Assembly: GCA_905233975.1 (NCBI GenBank) | Contig: CAJOGD010000001.1 | Coordinates: 86,263 to 150,262 of the forward strand | DNA: 64,000 bases | Direction: 5' to 3' | DNA from: an uncultured Alphaproteobacteria bacterium | Lineage (GTDB): Bacteria > Pseudomonadota > Alphaproteobacteria > Rs-D84 | Shown: positions 17,534 through 27,549 of the stretch, in pieces | How positions within the stretch are numbered: position 1 is the first letter of the stretch | Layout of the letters: each line of letters begins with the position of its first letter | The notes under the pieces: model-generated | What the model was told of the DNA's origin: nothing | The model's input: only the letters and a program-made list of their open reading frames with translations | Database searches by the model: none | Program-made: the position numbers and the translations under genes

Positions 17534-18355
17534 TTATTCTTCGATGACCTTTTGCAATTCCATAATGAATTCGATTCCCGGGTCCAACATCTTTTCAACC
17601 TTGTTCAGGTACCGGCGCGCTTCATTTTGCATGCGTAATTTTTTATACGTGTTAATCGTAGAACGAACTTCACGCGGATTCACATCACTGGCATTTATGC
17701 GCACACCGTCGGCAATCTGCAATTCGTCCAACGCGTTTTTACGATACATATCCGCGTTTTCGGCGCACCCATCTTCGGCAAGTTTCGAATAAACCTCGGC
17801 ATTATTAAGGTGGCATTCAGAAACATATTGATGTGTATCACAGCTGTATATAATACGTCTTGTCAACGCGTTTTCAATTTCACGACAAGGCTTTTCAACA
17901 AATTCCGTATTTGTTTTTTCAACGCCGGTTATCGCACTCATATATGTCCGTTCGTTGGCCGCCATTTCTGCAAAATATCCGCGATTTTCCAAACAGCCTG
18001 TATCCATCAAACGCCGATAGACCATCATATTACTTTGGTGCAAACTTAACGCATTCGGATTTCTATCATCAATAGATTTTACAATTCTATTTTTCAACAC
18101 GCGTTCATTTATTTGGCATGGTTCTTGGGGTTCGGGGTCGGCCACATCAACAACCGTTTCCGCCACCGCAACCTTTTCCTCTGTCTTTACGGCGGAATCC
18201 GGCGTATTCGCCAATTTGTGTCCCAACGGATAAAGCCCCGTCATAACACCACAACCAAATATGCCTATCAGCAATACCCACGCCCAAAACTTTTGTTTGC
18301 GCGAACAGATATAGCAATTTTCGCATGTATTATAATTAAACTTTTTTTCGTTCAT
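17534..18355 (-). CDS. membrane-anchored hypothetical protein (N-terminal CxxC pair and a single TM)
   Basis: N-terminus CENCYIC then a TM segment WAWVLLIGIFGCGVMTGLY. 273 aa, no recognised domain. Confidence 0.45.
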   Translation of the reverse strand: MNEKKFNYNTCENCYICSRKQKFWAWVLLIGIFGCGVMTGLYPLGHKLANTPDSAVKTEEKVAVAETVVDVADPEPQEPCQINERVLKNRIVKSIDDRNPNALSLHQSNMMVYRRLMDTGCLENRGYFAEMAANERTYMSAITGVEKTNTEFVEKPCREIENALTRRIIYSCDTHQYVSECHLNNAEVYSKLAEDGCAENADMYRKNALDELQIADGVRINASDVNPREVRSTINTYKKLRMQNEARRYLNKVEKMLDPGIEFIMELQKVIEE

Positions 18356-18391
18356 TTTTCTCTCTCCTTTTGTTTTTTTGTTTATTGTTTT

Positions 18392-19102
18392 TTATTTAAC
18401 TGTTCCATTTTTTATTGTTATGCGTCGATCCGCACGATTGGCCAACGACATGTCATGTGTGACAAACAACATCGCCATTTTATTCTTGCGCACCAACGAA
18501 AGCAACAATTCAAAAACCGCAACCGCGTGATTCGGATCCAAACTGCCCGTTGGTTCATCGGCAAGTAATATGTCGGGATTATTCGCCAACGCGCGCGCGA
18601 CCGCGGTCCGTTGTTGTTCACCACCCGACATTTGCGCCGGTAAATGCGATGCACGATGTGCAACATTCGCCGACTTTAAAAGCGTCATCGCACGTTGCGT
18701 CGCCGTATCCGTTGCAATACCATTCGCCAACATCGGCAACATCACATTTTCAAGCGCGGTAAAATCCGACAACAAATTATGCCGCTGGTACACAAAGCCC
18801 ATTTTACGACGCCGAACCATTGTCCGCATTTCATCATTCATTTTATGCACCGGCGTGCCGGATACAATAATACTGCCGCCCGACGGTTTATCCAATAACC
18901 CGACACATTGCAATAACGTCGATTTACCACAGCCCGACGGCCCAACAATCGCAACAATTTCACCACGATGCAAATCAAACCCACCGCCGGTTAGGATATG
19001 TAATGGCTGGCCCCCTTCGACAAAGGTCTTTTTTATATCACGCACCGAAAGGACGACTTCGCCCTTTTTCACCCGCGATAAAGAATTCAATATCGACGCC
19101 AT
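18392..19102 (-). CDS. lolD: lipoprotein-releasing system ATP-binding protein
   Basis: Walker A GPSGCGKST, ABC signature LSGGEQQRTAVARAL, Walker B ILLADEPTG. Lies adjacent to a LolC/E-type permease. Confidence 0.8.
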   Translation of the reverse strand: MASILNSLSRVKKGEVVLSVRDIKKTFVEGGQPLHILTGGGFDLHRGEIVAIVGPSGCGKSTLLQCVGLLDKPSGGSIIVSGTPVHKMNDEMRTMVRRRKMGFVYQRHNLLSDFTALENVMLPMLANGIATDTATQRAMTLLKSANVAHRASHLPAQMSGGEQQRTAVARALANNPDILLADEPTGSLDPNHAVAVFELLLSLVRKNKMAMLFVTHDMSLANRADRRITIKNGTVK

Positions 19103-19110
19103 TTATCTCT

Positions 19111-20364
19111 CTATTCGTTTCTCAACACCTCTACTGGGTCTGTGTTTGCCGCTTTCCATGCCGGATAAATCGTGGCCAGGAACGCAAGTGCAATCGCAAT
19201 CAGCGCAATTCCCAACACCGTCACAAACTCTACACGCGATGGCAATTCCGACAAATAATACAGTTCCGCCGGAAACAGGTCGCGCCCAGTTGCCCACTGA
19301 AAGAATCGCCGTATTGGTTCGATATATGTTGCAACCACCACGCCCAATGCCGTTCCGAACACCGCACCGATAACACCGATACTGGTTCCCGACAATATGA
19401 ATATGCGCATCATCGAACGCCGCGACACACCAAACGTCCGCAACACCGCGATATCTTTGGATTTATCCTTTACCAACATCACCAACGACGAAACTATATT
19501 AAACGCTGCGACAATAACAATCAACATCAAAATTAAAAACATAACATTTGATTCTACTTGCAACGCACCAACAAAGCCCCGATTTAAATCGCGCCAATCG
19601 CGCACAATGTATCCATCGGGCAAAACATCAATCAATACGTCGCGCACCGCGTCTGTATCATTCGGATTTTTCAAAAACAAATCAATGTGCGTGACCGCGT
19701 CACCAAGGTTCAAATATTTCTGCGCCGTTTCCAATGGCATAAATATATACCCCGAATCATATTCATACATTCCCATAAAGAACGATGTCATTACCGGATA
19801 CGACATAATCCGCGGCATTGTTCCAAACGCGGTCGGCGTTGCATTATCGGCGGAAACAAGTGAAACATTTTCACCCATATGCACCCCCAAATTCCGCGAA
19901 AGCGTTGACCCAATAATCAATTCCCCATCGCGAATGTCCGACAAATTACGGCCATACATGCGCACACCACTGTTGGTTTTCGTCATCAAATCATTCATGC
20001 GAATACCGCGCACCATCGCACCAGAATTTTTTCCATTCGCGGTCACCATTACCTGGCCTTCGGCAATTGGGACAATGGCGGAAACGCCACGCGCCACCGT
20101 TTTGTTTTCCAACATTTTTTCGGCCAAGAAATCATAGTCCGCAATTGCGCCGTCTTGGTGATACACAACAACATGACCATTCATTCCAACAATCCGCGCA
20201 AGCAACGTATCATGAAAACCGCCCATCACCGACATCACAACAATAAGTGTTGCGACACCCAACATAATACCAATCAACGACACCCACGACACAACCGAAC
20301 CAAACCCGCGCCGCCGCGCCGCCAAATATCTGAATGCAATTTTTCGCTCTAGCCTTGTGAACAT
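19111..20364 (-). CDS. lipoprotein-releasing system permease (LolC/LolE, MacB-type FtsX fold)
   Basis: 417 aa with a TM1-periplasmic domain-3TM layout. Immediately upstream of lolD. Confidence 0.75.
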   Translation of the reverse strand: MFTRLERKIAFRYLAARRRGFGSVVSWVSLIGIMLGVATLIVVMSVMGGFHDTLLARIVGMNGHVVVYHQDGAIADYDFLAEKMLENKTVARGVSAIVPIAEGQVMVTANGKNSGAMVRGIRMNDLMTKTNSGVRMYGRNLSDIRDGELIIGSTLSRNLGVHMGENVSLVSADNATPTAFGTMPRIMSYPVMTSFFMGMYEYDSGYIFMPLETAQKYLNLGDAVTHIDLFLKNPNDTDAVRDVLIDVLPDGYIVRDWRDLNRGFVGALQVESNVMFLILMLIVIVAAFNIVSSLVMLVKDKSKDIAVLRTFGVSRRSMMRIFILSGTSIGVIGAVFGTALGVVVATYIEPIRRFFQWATGRDLFPAELYYLSELPSRVEFVTVLGIALIAIALAFLATIYPAWKAANTDPVEVLRNE

Positions 20365-20377
20365 GAATCAAACACCC

Positions 20378-21709
20378 TTATTTCTTTAACCAATCGCGCA
20401 ACGCATCGCCAACCAACGGCACATCATTTGGAATATCCGCCGGATTCACAATCGACACAAGACGCGGCGACATAAACACGACAAGTTCCGCAAACGGACT
20501 TATCAATGTTTCCGGCGTAGTCACAAACGAATGCGTCGGAATACCAACAATCAGATAATTATCCCCTATGCTGGACGGAATGGTGAACGAAGACAATTCG
20601 CCATTACTGGTGCGCAAAACAATTTTTGCATCGATTTTATCTTTGCCACCGAAATCGCCATACTTTGCGGTTGCGCCAACAATTAAATCAGTTTCCAATC
20701 TTTCTTCTTTACCACACTGCCCAATATCAAACCGCGATTGCCAACCGTCCGGCACAACAAAATGCCCCTGGGATATAAGGACGACATTCGCCTGTTGCGA
20801 TAAAAATTCTTGCAACGTTTTCGTATTAACCTCTGGCCCAACGACCAACGCACGCCCGACAACACCGGGAATTGACATTTTGATATTTTTTTCGCCAAAC
20901 GCCGGCAACATATTCATCCATATAATCGGATTATCGGTCCGCGGATAAACACGATACACGTCCATATCCCACGCGATGACATACTTTTTGGACGATATGT
21001 CAGAAATGATTCGTGCAACCTCGCGCTCTGTCTGATAATTACCTTCGAATATAAGTGTATTATCGGACCAATCAACAATCACATTCCGGACATCGGCGCC
21101 ATGCATCGCGTCCAAAATGGCCATAACAATATCTTCGTCCTTTGGCATTTTAACAAGCCACTTTCCACGATTAAACAATTTCAATTCGCCAAGTTTCGCG
21201 TCATACGAATAATACGCCCGCCCAAGGTGCGTCATCAAATCCACCGCATCGCCAAGGTTTCCGCCCGCAATAGACCCGGATATTCTTTCAAAAATCTGTT
21301 CTTGCTCTATGACCGCAATATCCGTCCCCGAAAGCAATTTATCCAACGCGTCGCGAACAGTTTGCTTTCTAAAATCGTAATTCGAAACGGTCAGTTCCGG
21401 CAACGGGTCGCCAACATTCAAACGCACCAATTCAATCTTTTCGTCCGGCACCACAGACATAACCGATTGCGAATCCCAATCCACAGTGCAACGTCGTGGC
21501 AATTCAACCGAAAAACGACGCGCCGTATCCGTTGTGAGCGCCGCCTTTTTCGGAAAGATTGGCACAGAATTATCATCTATGACCAAACTATCAACAACCT
21601 GAACCGTATTATATTCCACGTTTTCTATATCTTTCGGATCCGTCACCTCCATACAACCGGCCAAAGACACAGACGCACATAGTAAAATAAAGTTTTTTAT
21701 TTTTTTCAT
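20378..21709 (-). CDS. lipoprotein, unknown function
   Basis: Lipobox LAGC in MKKIKNFILLCASVSLAGCMEV; 443 aa. Precedes the lol genes on the same strand. Confidence 0.55.
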   Translation of the reverse strand: MKKIKNFILLCASVSLAGCMEVTDPKDIENVEYNTVQVVDSLVIDDNSVPIFPKKAALTTDTARRFSVELPRRCTVDWDSQSVMSVVPDEKIELVRLNVGDPLPELTVSNYDFRKQTVRDALDKLLSGTDIAVIEQEQIFERISGSIAGGNLGDAVDLMTHLGRAYYSYDAKLGELKLFNRGKWLVKMPKDEDIVMAILDAMHGADVRNVIVDWSDNTLIFEGNYQTEREVARIISDISSKKYVIAWDMDVYRVYPRTDNPIIWMNMLPAFGEKNIKMSIPGVVGRALVVGPEVNTKTLQEFLSQQANVVLISQGHFVVPDGWQSRFDIGQCGKEERLETDLIVGATAKYGDFGGKDKIDAKIVLRTSNGELSSFTIPSSIGDNYLIVGIPTHSFVTTPETLISPFAELVVFMSPRLVSIVNPADIPNDVPLVGDALRDWLKK

Positions 21710-21727
21710 ATTATCCTTCCCATATCT

Positions 21728-22051
21728 TTATATATTCATCGCCCTTTCGAATTCTTCGAGTGACATTTCATAAATCGGCTTTTGCGAAGGCGTCACCCAT
21801 TCATGCACACCCGCCAATTGTTTTTTAAACATTTCCATCACAGATACAACATCTTTTTCAACACCCTTGGTTGATTTTAGCAAACGTTCACCATATTCCA
21901 CAACAAATTCTAATACATCGGCGGCAAAGAAGCGACCAACATAATTTTCTATTGGAATTCCGCCCTTTGACACACATATCGCAGACATGGTTTTTGCCAT
22001 CTGGTTATAAAAATTTGCCAACTTTATAAAGTTTTCAACTGTGACCGCCAT
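21728..22051 (-). CDS. hypothetical protein
   Basis: ORF trimmed to MAVTVENFIKL. No motif recognised. Confidence 0.4.
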   Translation of the reverse strand: MAVTVENFIKLANFYNQMAKTMSAICVSKGGIPIENYVGRFFAADVLEFVVEYGERLLKSTKGVEKDVVSVMEMFKKQLAGVHEWVTPSQKPIYEMSLEEFERAMNI

Positions 22052-22127
22052 CTCTTTTCTCCCAATGTACTTTTTCACATTATAAAAACTATTGCCACAA
22101 AAACGCAATTAAATTATAATGTGAAAT

Positions 22128-22508
22128 ATGAAAATGTTAAAAGTATTTTTATTGCTGGTTTTATGCGCCTGTGCATCGCCCAATGGGGGCAGTATTGATG
22201 ACGCCACAATCCTGAATTGGGAAAACGAATCCGTCACAATGGAACAATTTGTTCGCGACCACAAGGCGTGTTTGGGAATAACAAAGCCATCATATTTGCC
22301 ACGTTCGCGTATAGCAAAATTGCTTTCACCGAATCAAAGTGCGCGCATGCCTGACTGGGACGGTCTTTGGGTGACATTCCAATCGAACGAATATCGTGAC
22401 GTTGGTCAACGCGCACTGCTGTCCGTTCCGCGCAATACAACATCGCGGTCTGTGGGTTCTTATCGCAAGTGTATGTTTAATCGTGGCTATTTACTCCGCG
22501 CCACGTAG
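22128..22508 (+). CDS. small lipoprotein
   Basis: MKMLKVFLLLVLCACASP lipobox. Confidence 0.5.
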   Translation: MKMLKVFLLLVLCACASPNGGSIDDATILNWENESVTMEQFVRDHKACLGITKPSYLPRSRIAKLLSPNQSARMPDWDGLWVTFQSNEYRDVGQRALLSVPRNTTSRSVGSYRKCMFNRGYLLRAT

Positions 22509-22606
22509 TGGCTAGTGGTTAGTGAATGAATTCTGTAATAATCGCGTAATTACAAACTAATTCCAGATATTACTAACCACTAACACTAATCACTAACACT
22601 TCCCAC
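22507..22606. repeat. MITE-like palindromic repeat, copy R3
   Basis: Arms agtggctagtggttagtgaatg and ctaaccactaacactaatcactaacacttcccact. Interior cgtaattacaaactaattccaga is shared with copy R4. Starts at the stop codon of the preceding gene. Confidence 0.8.
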
Positions 22607-22629
22607 TAAAATATGTTATAATACCCACC

Positions 22630-23310
22630 ATGAAACGTAATCTTTGGTTTTGGCTGTATTTTATTGCCGCAATTCTGCTTGCGATATATTTTGCGACGCG
22701 GATTGTTATGGCGCATATGGGCTATGGCCCAACCGCGATGATAAGGAACGTATCGGTATTTGCGGATACAAATGACAAAGACCTTACCACTATCGTTGCG
22801 GCGGCCGGCATACCGTCCGGGACACATACATATGCAATAAAACTTACATTTGTGAACGAACGAATCGCCCAAACACACATTGCGCGTGAATCCGCCGTCC
22901 GACGTTTGGCAAATGGAAATTTGGCGATAAAGGTTAATCTTTATCGTGCCGTTGCCGAAAGAACAGACGGTGTAAACTATTACCAACTTTCTGCGGACGG
23001 CAAAGATATAAAAAATCCGTCCGCCACACGTGGCACCGGCACAGTATTGTTCCGCGGTCGTGTTCCAAACGAAATTGGCGAAATTACCAAGGCCGCCGCA
23101 AACCTTGTCGGCGATCTTGATTATCTTGAATGGATTGATAATCGCCGGTGGAACCTTGTGACACTTGGTGGAATTACTGTTATGCTGCCCGAAACCGACC
23201 CTATTGCCGCGATTGGAAATCTTGTTGTATTAAATAAAAAATATAATATTCTATCAAAGGACATAAAGGTCATCGATATGCGCGACAACGCAAGAATTTT
23301 GGTTAAATAA
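22630..23310 (+). CDS. ftsQ: cell division protein FtsQ-like (TM plus POTRA)
   Basis: N-terminal TM, POTRA-like IRNVSVF, and a C-terminal beta domain. Lies immediately upstream of ftsA. Confidence 0.55.
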   Translation: MKRNLWFWLYFIAAILLAIYFATRIVMAHMGYGPTAMIRNVSVFADTNDKDLTTIVAAAGIPSGTHTYAIKLTFVNERIAQTHIARESAVRRLANGNLAIKVNLYRAVAERTDGVNYYQLSADGKDIKNPSATRGTGTVLFRGRVPNEIGEITKAAANLVGDLDYLEWIDNRRWNLVTLGGITVMLPETDPIAAIGNLVVLNKKYNILSKDIKVIDMRDNARILVK

Positions 23311-23311
23311 A

Positions 23312-25099
23312 ATGCGAATGATTGATTCTTGTTTTTTGTGTCTTGATATTGGGACGTGCGGTGTTCGTGGTGTTGCGCATCGCGTTCGAAACGCGGTAAT
23401 TGATAAATCCGCATATTATGCCATTGACGATTTTGACACTGTGTTTGCATTAAAATCTGTGGCGGACGAACTTGAAAAACAAATTGGAACGCATTTTGAT
23501 ACTGCATACATAACCGGAAATTTCGGAAACGCTTTTTTCAGTATATCTGCCAAGGAAACGAAATGGTCAACCGAACACAAAATTACAAACTCTGATATAC
23601 GGACGCAAATCGCACAAATTGATGCACCTGATGATTTTTATCCAATGCATATAATACCATTGCGATACGATTCCACAAAAATCCGTAATATGTTAACCCC
23701 CATTGGCCAGGCGGACACCGCACTTGTATCTACTTTTGCTGGGATATTTTTTGAAAACGAACGCATGCAAAAAATCCTTAGTCTTTTGCGCCAATCACAT
23801 ATTCAGCCTTCGGCATTTTACGCACCGCAATTTCTTTACGGAAATGTTCTACGAAAAAAGAAAACAATCGTAATGTTTATTGATTTTGGGGCCGAACACA
23901 CAACCGCATCCATTTGGACCGATCGTGGCCCGGTTTGGTATTCTGCAAATTTTGCCGGCGGCAACGATTTGACCGAAGAAATATCAACCAGACTTGATAT
24001 ATCTTTTTCCGAAGCCGAACGCATAAAGCGCAACACCGCCGATTTATATTCAAACGAAATGGCGCGTTTTAGCCCCGCGGACAGCGCATACGCTTTTTCT
24101 TGCGCCGACGTAAATGAAATTGTTGTTCCGTTTATATACAATCTTGTTGAACAAATCCAAACGGCTTCGGCCAAATATGTTGAAAAATATGCACCTTGCG
24201 AAATCGTATTGACCGGCGGCGGCGCACAATTAAAAGGCATCGTCGAATTATTATCTGGACGCTTTAATATTCAAATAACACAAACCGGCCCCGACACAAA
24301 TGTTCGCGCACTGGCCAAATATATATGGGATTCTGTCCGTCCGTACCGCAGTGCATATATTGCAAGATTAAAACGTTGGCAAAAAATCACGAATAAAATC
24401 TTTGGAATATTCCACCATCGCAAACAACCCAAGAAACAAAAAACATTTATCCCAATTATGCCAAGCACACTTTGCTTTGACATGGCCCGGCCGGAAACAT
24501 ACACCATGTTTCGTTCAGGCGGCATATCAATTATACACGTCGATATTATGGACGGGCTTTACGTTGACAAGATTACCGGTGGCATTACGGAACTGCGCAA
24601 CATACGCGCCGCATGGCCCGGACATTTGCATGTTCATCTGATGACGGACGCACCCGCAACATGGGCAACCGACGCCATAAACGCGGGCGCGGATACGGTA
24701 ATACTTTCAACAAACACCGTCGGATTGCGTCGCGCCGTCCAAATTGTCCGCACATCGGGCAAACGTGTCGGAATCGCACTTAATCCCGAATCTTCGGTAT
24801 CTTTATTAAAAACGATTCTGCGCGACATTGATGAAATTATGGTGATGGGTGTCGCGCCCGGTGCGGCGGGTCAAAAATTCAATATGAATGTGCTAAATAA
24901 AATATCCATACTTGCCAAAGCACGCAAAAAATACGGACTTAAATTTATAATTTCCGTAGATGGTGGAATAAACCCCGAAACCGCAAGACTTTGTTGGGGC
25001 GCCGGCGCCGATTTGTTGGTCAGTGGTTCATACCTTGCGCACGCCGCCGATTTTCCAATCGCTGTGATGTCATTGTTGCCATCGGCAACCGGTATTTAA
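23312..25099 (+). CDS. FtsA (actin-like cell-division ATPase) fused in frame to ribulose-phosphate 3-epimerase (Rpe)
   Basis: Residues 1-375 carry FtsA motifs LDIGT, MFIDFGAEHTTASIW, ANFAGGNDLTEEIS and VLTGGGAQLKG, then an amphipathic helix. Residues ~380-595 carry Rpe motifs (HVDIMDG and a TIM-barrel pattern). Single ORF with no intervening stop. Confidence 0.7.
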   Translation: MRMIDSCFLCLDIGTCGVRGVAHRVRNAVIDKSAYYAIDDFDTVFALKSVADELEKQIGTHFDTAYITGNFGNAFFSISAKETKWSTEHKITNSDIRTQIAQIDAPDDFYPMHIIPLRYDSTKIRNMLTPIGQADTALVSTFAGIFFENERMQKILSLLRQSHIQPSAFYAPQFLYGNVLRKKKTIVMFIDFGAEHTTASIWTDRGPVWYSANFAGGNDLTEEISTRLDISFSEAERIKRNTADLYSNEMARFSPADSAYAFSCADVNEIVVPFIYNLVEQIQTASAKYVEKYAPCEIVLTGGGAQLKGIVELLSGRFNIQITQTGPDTNVRALAKYIWDSVRPYRSAYIARLKRWQKITNKIFGIFHHRKQPKKQKTFIPIMPSTLCFDMARPETYTMFRSGGISIIHVDIMDGLYVDKITGGITELRNIRAAWPGHLHVHLMTDAPATWATDAINAGADTVILSTNTVGLRRAVQIVRTSGKRVGIALNPESSVSLLKTILRDIDEIMVMGVAPGAAGQKFNMNVLNKISILAKARKKYGLKFIISVDGGINPETARLCWGAGADLLVSGSYLAHAADFPIAVMSLLPSATGI

Positions 25100-25509
25100 T
25101 CCGCAATTTCTATTTTTCGTCCGTCTTGGAATTCTGATATATACACATGCAATGTATCATGTGGCAGAAAATCTTTCGCAATGTCCGGCCATTCTATCAA
25201 AGTAATATCGTTCTGTATCGCATGCACCAAACCAATTTCAACAAGTTCCGAAGCGTCCACAACACGATACAAATCAAAGTGCGATATTTTATTTCCACCA
25301 CTTTCATACGATTGCACAATTGTAAATGTTGGACTTGGCACCACCGTATCCGCACCACAAAGCGATTGAATTATCGTTCTTGCAATTTCTGATTTTCCCA
25401 CACCCAAATCGCCATGCAACGCAATCGTCACCGGCGCATGCAAAGTTTTTGCAAAATTCCTTGCCCAATCGCGCGTTTCATTTATATTTTTTGTTATATA
25501 TGTTTTCAT
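25096..25509 (-). CDS. tsaE: tRNA threonylcarbamoyladenosine biosynthesis ATPase TsaE
   Basis: P-loop GDLGVGKS; 137 aa, YjeE-like. Confidence 0.75.
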   Translation of the reverse strand: MKTYITKNINETRDWARNFAKTLHAPVTIALHGDLGVGKSEIARTIIQSLCGADTVVPSPTFTIVQSYESGGNKISHFDLYRVVDASELVEIGLVHAIQNDITLIEWPDIAKDFLPHDTLHVYISEFQDGRKIEIAD

Positions 25510-25512
25510 TTT

Positions 25513-27501
25513 TTACTCCAACACTAATAAATCATCTTCCATTTTTCGTATTGCGTCACGAATTTCCGCCGCGGTTTCAAAGTCCAAATTTTCCGCCGCA
25601 TCACGCATTTGCTTGTTTAACTTTTTTATTTCACGCCGTAAAGTTTCCGCGTCAAACACACCTTCTTTGGTATAAATAAACCGACGTTTTTTATCCGTCT
25701 TTTCTTGCGGCCCGGTCACTTCATCAAACACCGCCTTGGACACAGTTTTTGGGGTTATTCCATGCGCCGCATTATACGCCATCTGTTTTTCACGCCGGCG
25801 ATTCGTCTCATAGAGGGCCGCACGCATAGATTCGGTTATAACATCGGCATACAATATCACACGCCCATTTGCATTTCGTGCCGCCCGCCCTATTGTTTGA
25901 ATCAGCGAACGCGTTGACCGCAAAAATCCCTCTTTATCGGCGTCCATTATCGCAACCAATTCGCATTCCGGAACGTCCAAACCTTCACGCAACAAATTTA
26001 TTCCGACCAACACATCAAATTTTCCCATACGTAAATCACGCAACAATTCAATACGTTCCAATGTTTCAATATCACTGTGCAGGTATCGCGCACGAACACC
26101 ATTTTCAACGAAATAGTCCGTCAACTGTTCCGCCATTTTTTTCGTAAGCGTCGTCACAAGCACCCTGCCCTTTACCGATTTCACTTCCGCCAACAAATCA
26201 TCAACTTGATTTTTTATCGGCCGCACAATACATTCGGGGTCCAGCAGCCCCGTTGGGCGTATCACCTGTTCCGCAACAATTCCGTTCGATTGTTTCATTT
26301 CCCATTCGGCCGGCGTTGCCGAAACAAAAATGGTCTGGGGCCGCATTGAATCCCACTCATCAAACGTAAGTGGACGATTATCAATGCACGACGGCAACCG
26401 AAAACCATATTGCGAAAGCGTTTCTTTGCGTGCGCGGTCGCCACGCGACATCGCGGCAATTTGTGGCACCGTCACATGACTTTCATCAATAAAAAGTATC
26501 GCGTCACGTGGCAAATATTCAAACAATGTCGGTGGCGGTTGCCCGGGCGCACGCCCAGATAAATATCGCGAATAATTTTCAATACCACGACATGTTCCGG
26601 TCGATTCCATCATTTCTATATCCATATTCACACGTTCCCGCAAACGCTGTTCTTCGATATATTTCATATTATCATGGAAATATTGCAGTCGTTCATTCAA
26701 ATCCGCCCGAATGTTGCCAATCGCCTGTAATATCGACGGCATAGGCGTTGCATAGTGCGTGTTCGGATAAACCGCAATTCTATCAGTTTTCCGCAACTTT
26801 GCACCGGTCAGTGCATCAAATTCCCAAATCTCTTCTATTTCATCACCCCAAAAAGAAACCTTCCAGCCGATGTCTTGACTGTGCGACGGAAATATATCCA
26901 ACGTATCACCACGCGCACGAAAATTGCCACGTTCAAATGCGACATCATTTCTTTTGTATTGTATGTTTACCAATTCCCGCATGACACCGGAAATACCAAT
27001 CACATCGCCAACATTTAAAACCAACTTCATACTTGAATATTGTTCCGGTGTCCCAAGTCCATATATCGACGACACCGAAGACACAACTATAACATCGCGC
27101 TCTTCCAACATTGCACGTGTCGCGCTGTGCCGCATACGATCCAATTGGTCATTTATCGACGCATCTTTATCAATATACGTATCGGTTGTGGGCAAATACG
27201 CCTCTGGCTGATAATAGTCATAATACGAAACAAAATATTCCACATGATTATGCGGGAAAAAAGATTTCATTTCGGTGAATAACTGTGCCGCAAGGATTTT
27301 ATTCGGCGCCATAAGCAACGCCGGCCGCCCAAGTTCCGCAATCACATTCGCCATTGTAAATGTTTTTCCCGACCCCGTCACCCCAAGTAAAACCTGGGAC
27401 CGGCGACCATCTTCGATTCCCTTGACCAAATCTGCAATGGCCGTTGGTTGGTCGCCCATCGGTTTATAATCACTTTCAAGATTAAAAATTTTTTTGTTCA
27501 C
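25513..27501 (-). CDS. uvrB: excinuclease ABC subunit B
   Basis: GVTGSGKTFTMA Walker A, helicase motifs, and a C-terminal UVR domain (ETAAEIRDAIRKME). 662 aa. Confidence 0.9.
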   Translation of the reverse strand: MNKKIFNLESDYKPMGDQPTAIADLVKGIEDGRRSQVLLGVTGSGKTFTMANVIAELGRPALLMAPNKILAAQLFTEMKSFFPHNHVEYFVSYYDYYQPEAYLPTTDTYIDKDASINDQLDRMRHSATRAMLEERDVIVVSSVSSIYGLGTPEQYSSMKLVLNVGDVIGISGVMRELVNIQYKRNDVAFERGNFRARGDTLDIFPSHSQDIGWKVSFWGDEIEEIWEFDALTGAKLRKTDRIAVYPNTHYATPMPSILQAIGNIRADLNERLQYFHDNMKYIEEQRLRERVNMDIEMMESTGTCRGIENYSRYLSGRAPGQPPPTLFEYLPRDAILFIDESHVTVPQIAAMSRGDRARKETLSQYGFRLPSCIDNRPLTFDEWDSMRPQTIFVSATPAEWEMKQSNGIVAEQVIRPTGLLDPECIVRPIKNQVDDLLAEVKSVKGRVLVTTLTKKMAEQLTDYFVENGVRARYLHSDIETLERIELLRDLRMGKFDVLVGINLLREGLDVPECELVAIMDADKEGFLRSTRSLIQTIGRAARNANGRVILYADVITESMRAALYETNRRREKQMAYNAAHGITPKTVSKAVFDEVTGPQEKTDKKRRFIYTKEGVFDAETLRREIKKLNKQMRDAAENLDFETAAEIRDAIRKMEDDLLVLE

Positions 27502-27549
27502 AAGATAAAGTATAATAAATTATAATGAAAAAACAAGAGGACCGAGAGA

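Noticed and set aside
18570-19373. 267-aa ORF antisense to lolD/lolE. Similar ORFs are antisense to aspS (30150..30761, 31050..31667), lpxK (53419..54045), uvrB (multiple) and the asmA-like gene.
   Set aside because: These are shadow ORFs within well-supported genes. They are Arg/His-rich with no domain.
23312-25099. Splitting the 595-aa ORF into separate ftsA and rpe CDSs
   Set aside because: There is no in-frame stop between the FtsA and Rpe parts, so it was kept as one feature and flagged as a finding. An undetected sequencing error cannot be excluded from sequence alone.
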